A stretch of DNA of 32,000 nt, taken from positions 1 through 32,000 of the forward strand of contig RQZE01000002.1 in assembly GCA_003858585.1 (NCBI GenBank), written 5' to 3'. Every line of letters begins with the position of its first letter. The stretch's first letter is position 1. Origin of the DNA: Erysipelotrichaceae bacterium OH741_COT-311 (GTDB lineage: Bacteria; Bacillota_I; Bacilli_A; Erysipelotrichales; Erysipelotrichaceae). Made by a program: the position numbers and the translations under genes. Below, one piece after another: positions 31,595 to 32,000 of the stretch. A model generated the notes under the pieces. The model did not search any database, was not told the DNA's origin, and saw only the letters and a list, made by a program, of their open reading frames with translations.

Positions 31595-32000
31595 ATGAAA
31601 GAGAAGTTTTATATTACCACAGCGATTGCGTATACTTCGGGGAAACCTCACTTTGGTAATGTTTATGAAATTGTATTAGCGGATGCGATTGCACGTTATA
31701 AGCGTTTACGTGGTTATGATGTGTTTTTTCAAACCGGTACGGATGAACATGGTCAAAAAATTGAAGAAAAAGCATCAAAAGCCAATAAAAGTCCGCAAGC
31801 TTATGTGGATGAAGTAGCAGGTGTTATCAAGGAACAATTCGATATGATGAATGCTTCTTATGATTATTTTATTCGTACAACTGATAAAAATCATAAGGAA
31901 GTAGTAGCAAAAATATTTAAAAAATTATATGACCAGGGAGATATTTATTTAGGTAAGTATGAGGGATGGTATTGTAAATATTGTGAGTCTTTTTTTACAG
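31595..32000 (+). CDS. metG: Methionine--tRNA ligase, 5' part (runs off the window)
   Basis: My translation: MKEKFYITTAIAYTSGKPHFGNVYEIVLADAIARYKRLRGYDVFFQTGTDEHGQKIEEKA...GDIYLGKYEGWYCKYCESFFT. It closely parallels Bacillus MetS ([20 protein letters not shown]...ARYKRLKGFDV..LTGTDEHGQKIQ). SD AAGGAGG is 6 nt before the ATG. Confidence 0.9.
   Translation, partial: MKEKFYITTAIAYTSGKPHFGNVYEIVLADAIARYKRLRGYDVFFQTGTDEHGQKIEEKASKANKSPQAYVDEVAGVIKEQFDMMNASYDYFIRTTDKNHKEVVAKIFKKLYDQGDIYLGKYEGWYCKYCESFFT

Noticed and set aside
1-32000. Scan for CRISPR arrays, tandem or interspersed repeats, rRNA/tRNA genes, IS elements, integrases and phage genes
   Set aside because: By eye I found no regularly spaced direct repeats, no tRNA-like GC-rich cloverleaf segments and no transposase- or integrase-like ORFs. 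This remains a manual scan, not a computed one.

Overview
Low-GC Firmicutes-type chromosomal segment. Gene order and style suggest a gut or mucosal Erysipelotrichia/Clostridia-like organism, but the taxon is a guess. The window reads left to right as follows. (1) A GC-rich structured tail plus terminator from an off-window transcript, then a DUF2339-like polytopic membrane protein and a small membrane ORF. (2) Two translationally coupled, signal-less ankyrin-repeat proteins on the minus strand. (3) A sugar-acid locus: an MtlR/LicR-type PRD regulator, a DgoA-like aldolase, galactitol-family PTS EIIA/EIIB/EIIC, a DgoD-like dehydratase and a heavily decayed phosphotriesterase-homology (PHP) pseudogene. 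No kinase gene is present. (4) A 1986-aa wall-anchored GH101 endo-alpha-N-acetylgalactosaminidase, a mucin O-glycan enzyme. (5) A troABCD-troR-like metal ABC uptake operon with a DtxR-type operator candidate; its second permease carries a C-terminal DtxR-N-like winged-helix extension. (6) A Sau3AI-family restriction enzyme plus a C5-cytosine methyltransferase (predicted GATC), with a GATC inside the methylase promoter -35 and an 18-bp perfect palindrome in front of the nuclease gene. (7) A housekeeping block: nudF, preQ1-I riboswitch-queT, a small acidic ORF, tmk, holB, ricT (yaaT), rsmI and the 5' part of metG. I found no CRISPR array, rRNA/tRNA, transposase or integrase. The most hypothesis-generating item is the kinase-less PTS/dehydratase/aldolase/PHP cluster, which implies a PTS-driven phosphorylated aldonate or aldonolactone route. 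All family assignments rest on motif recognition in the supplied translations; no searches were run.
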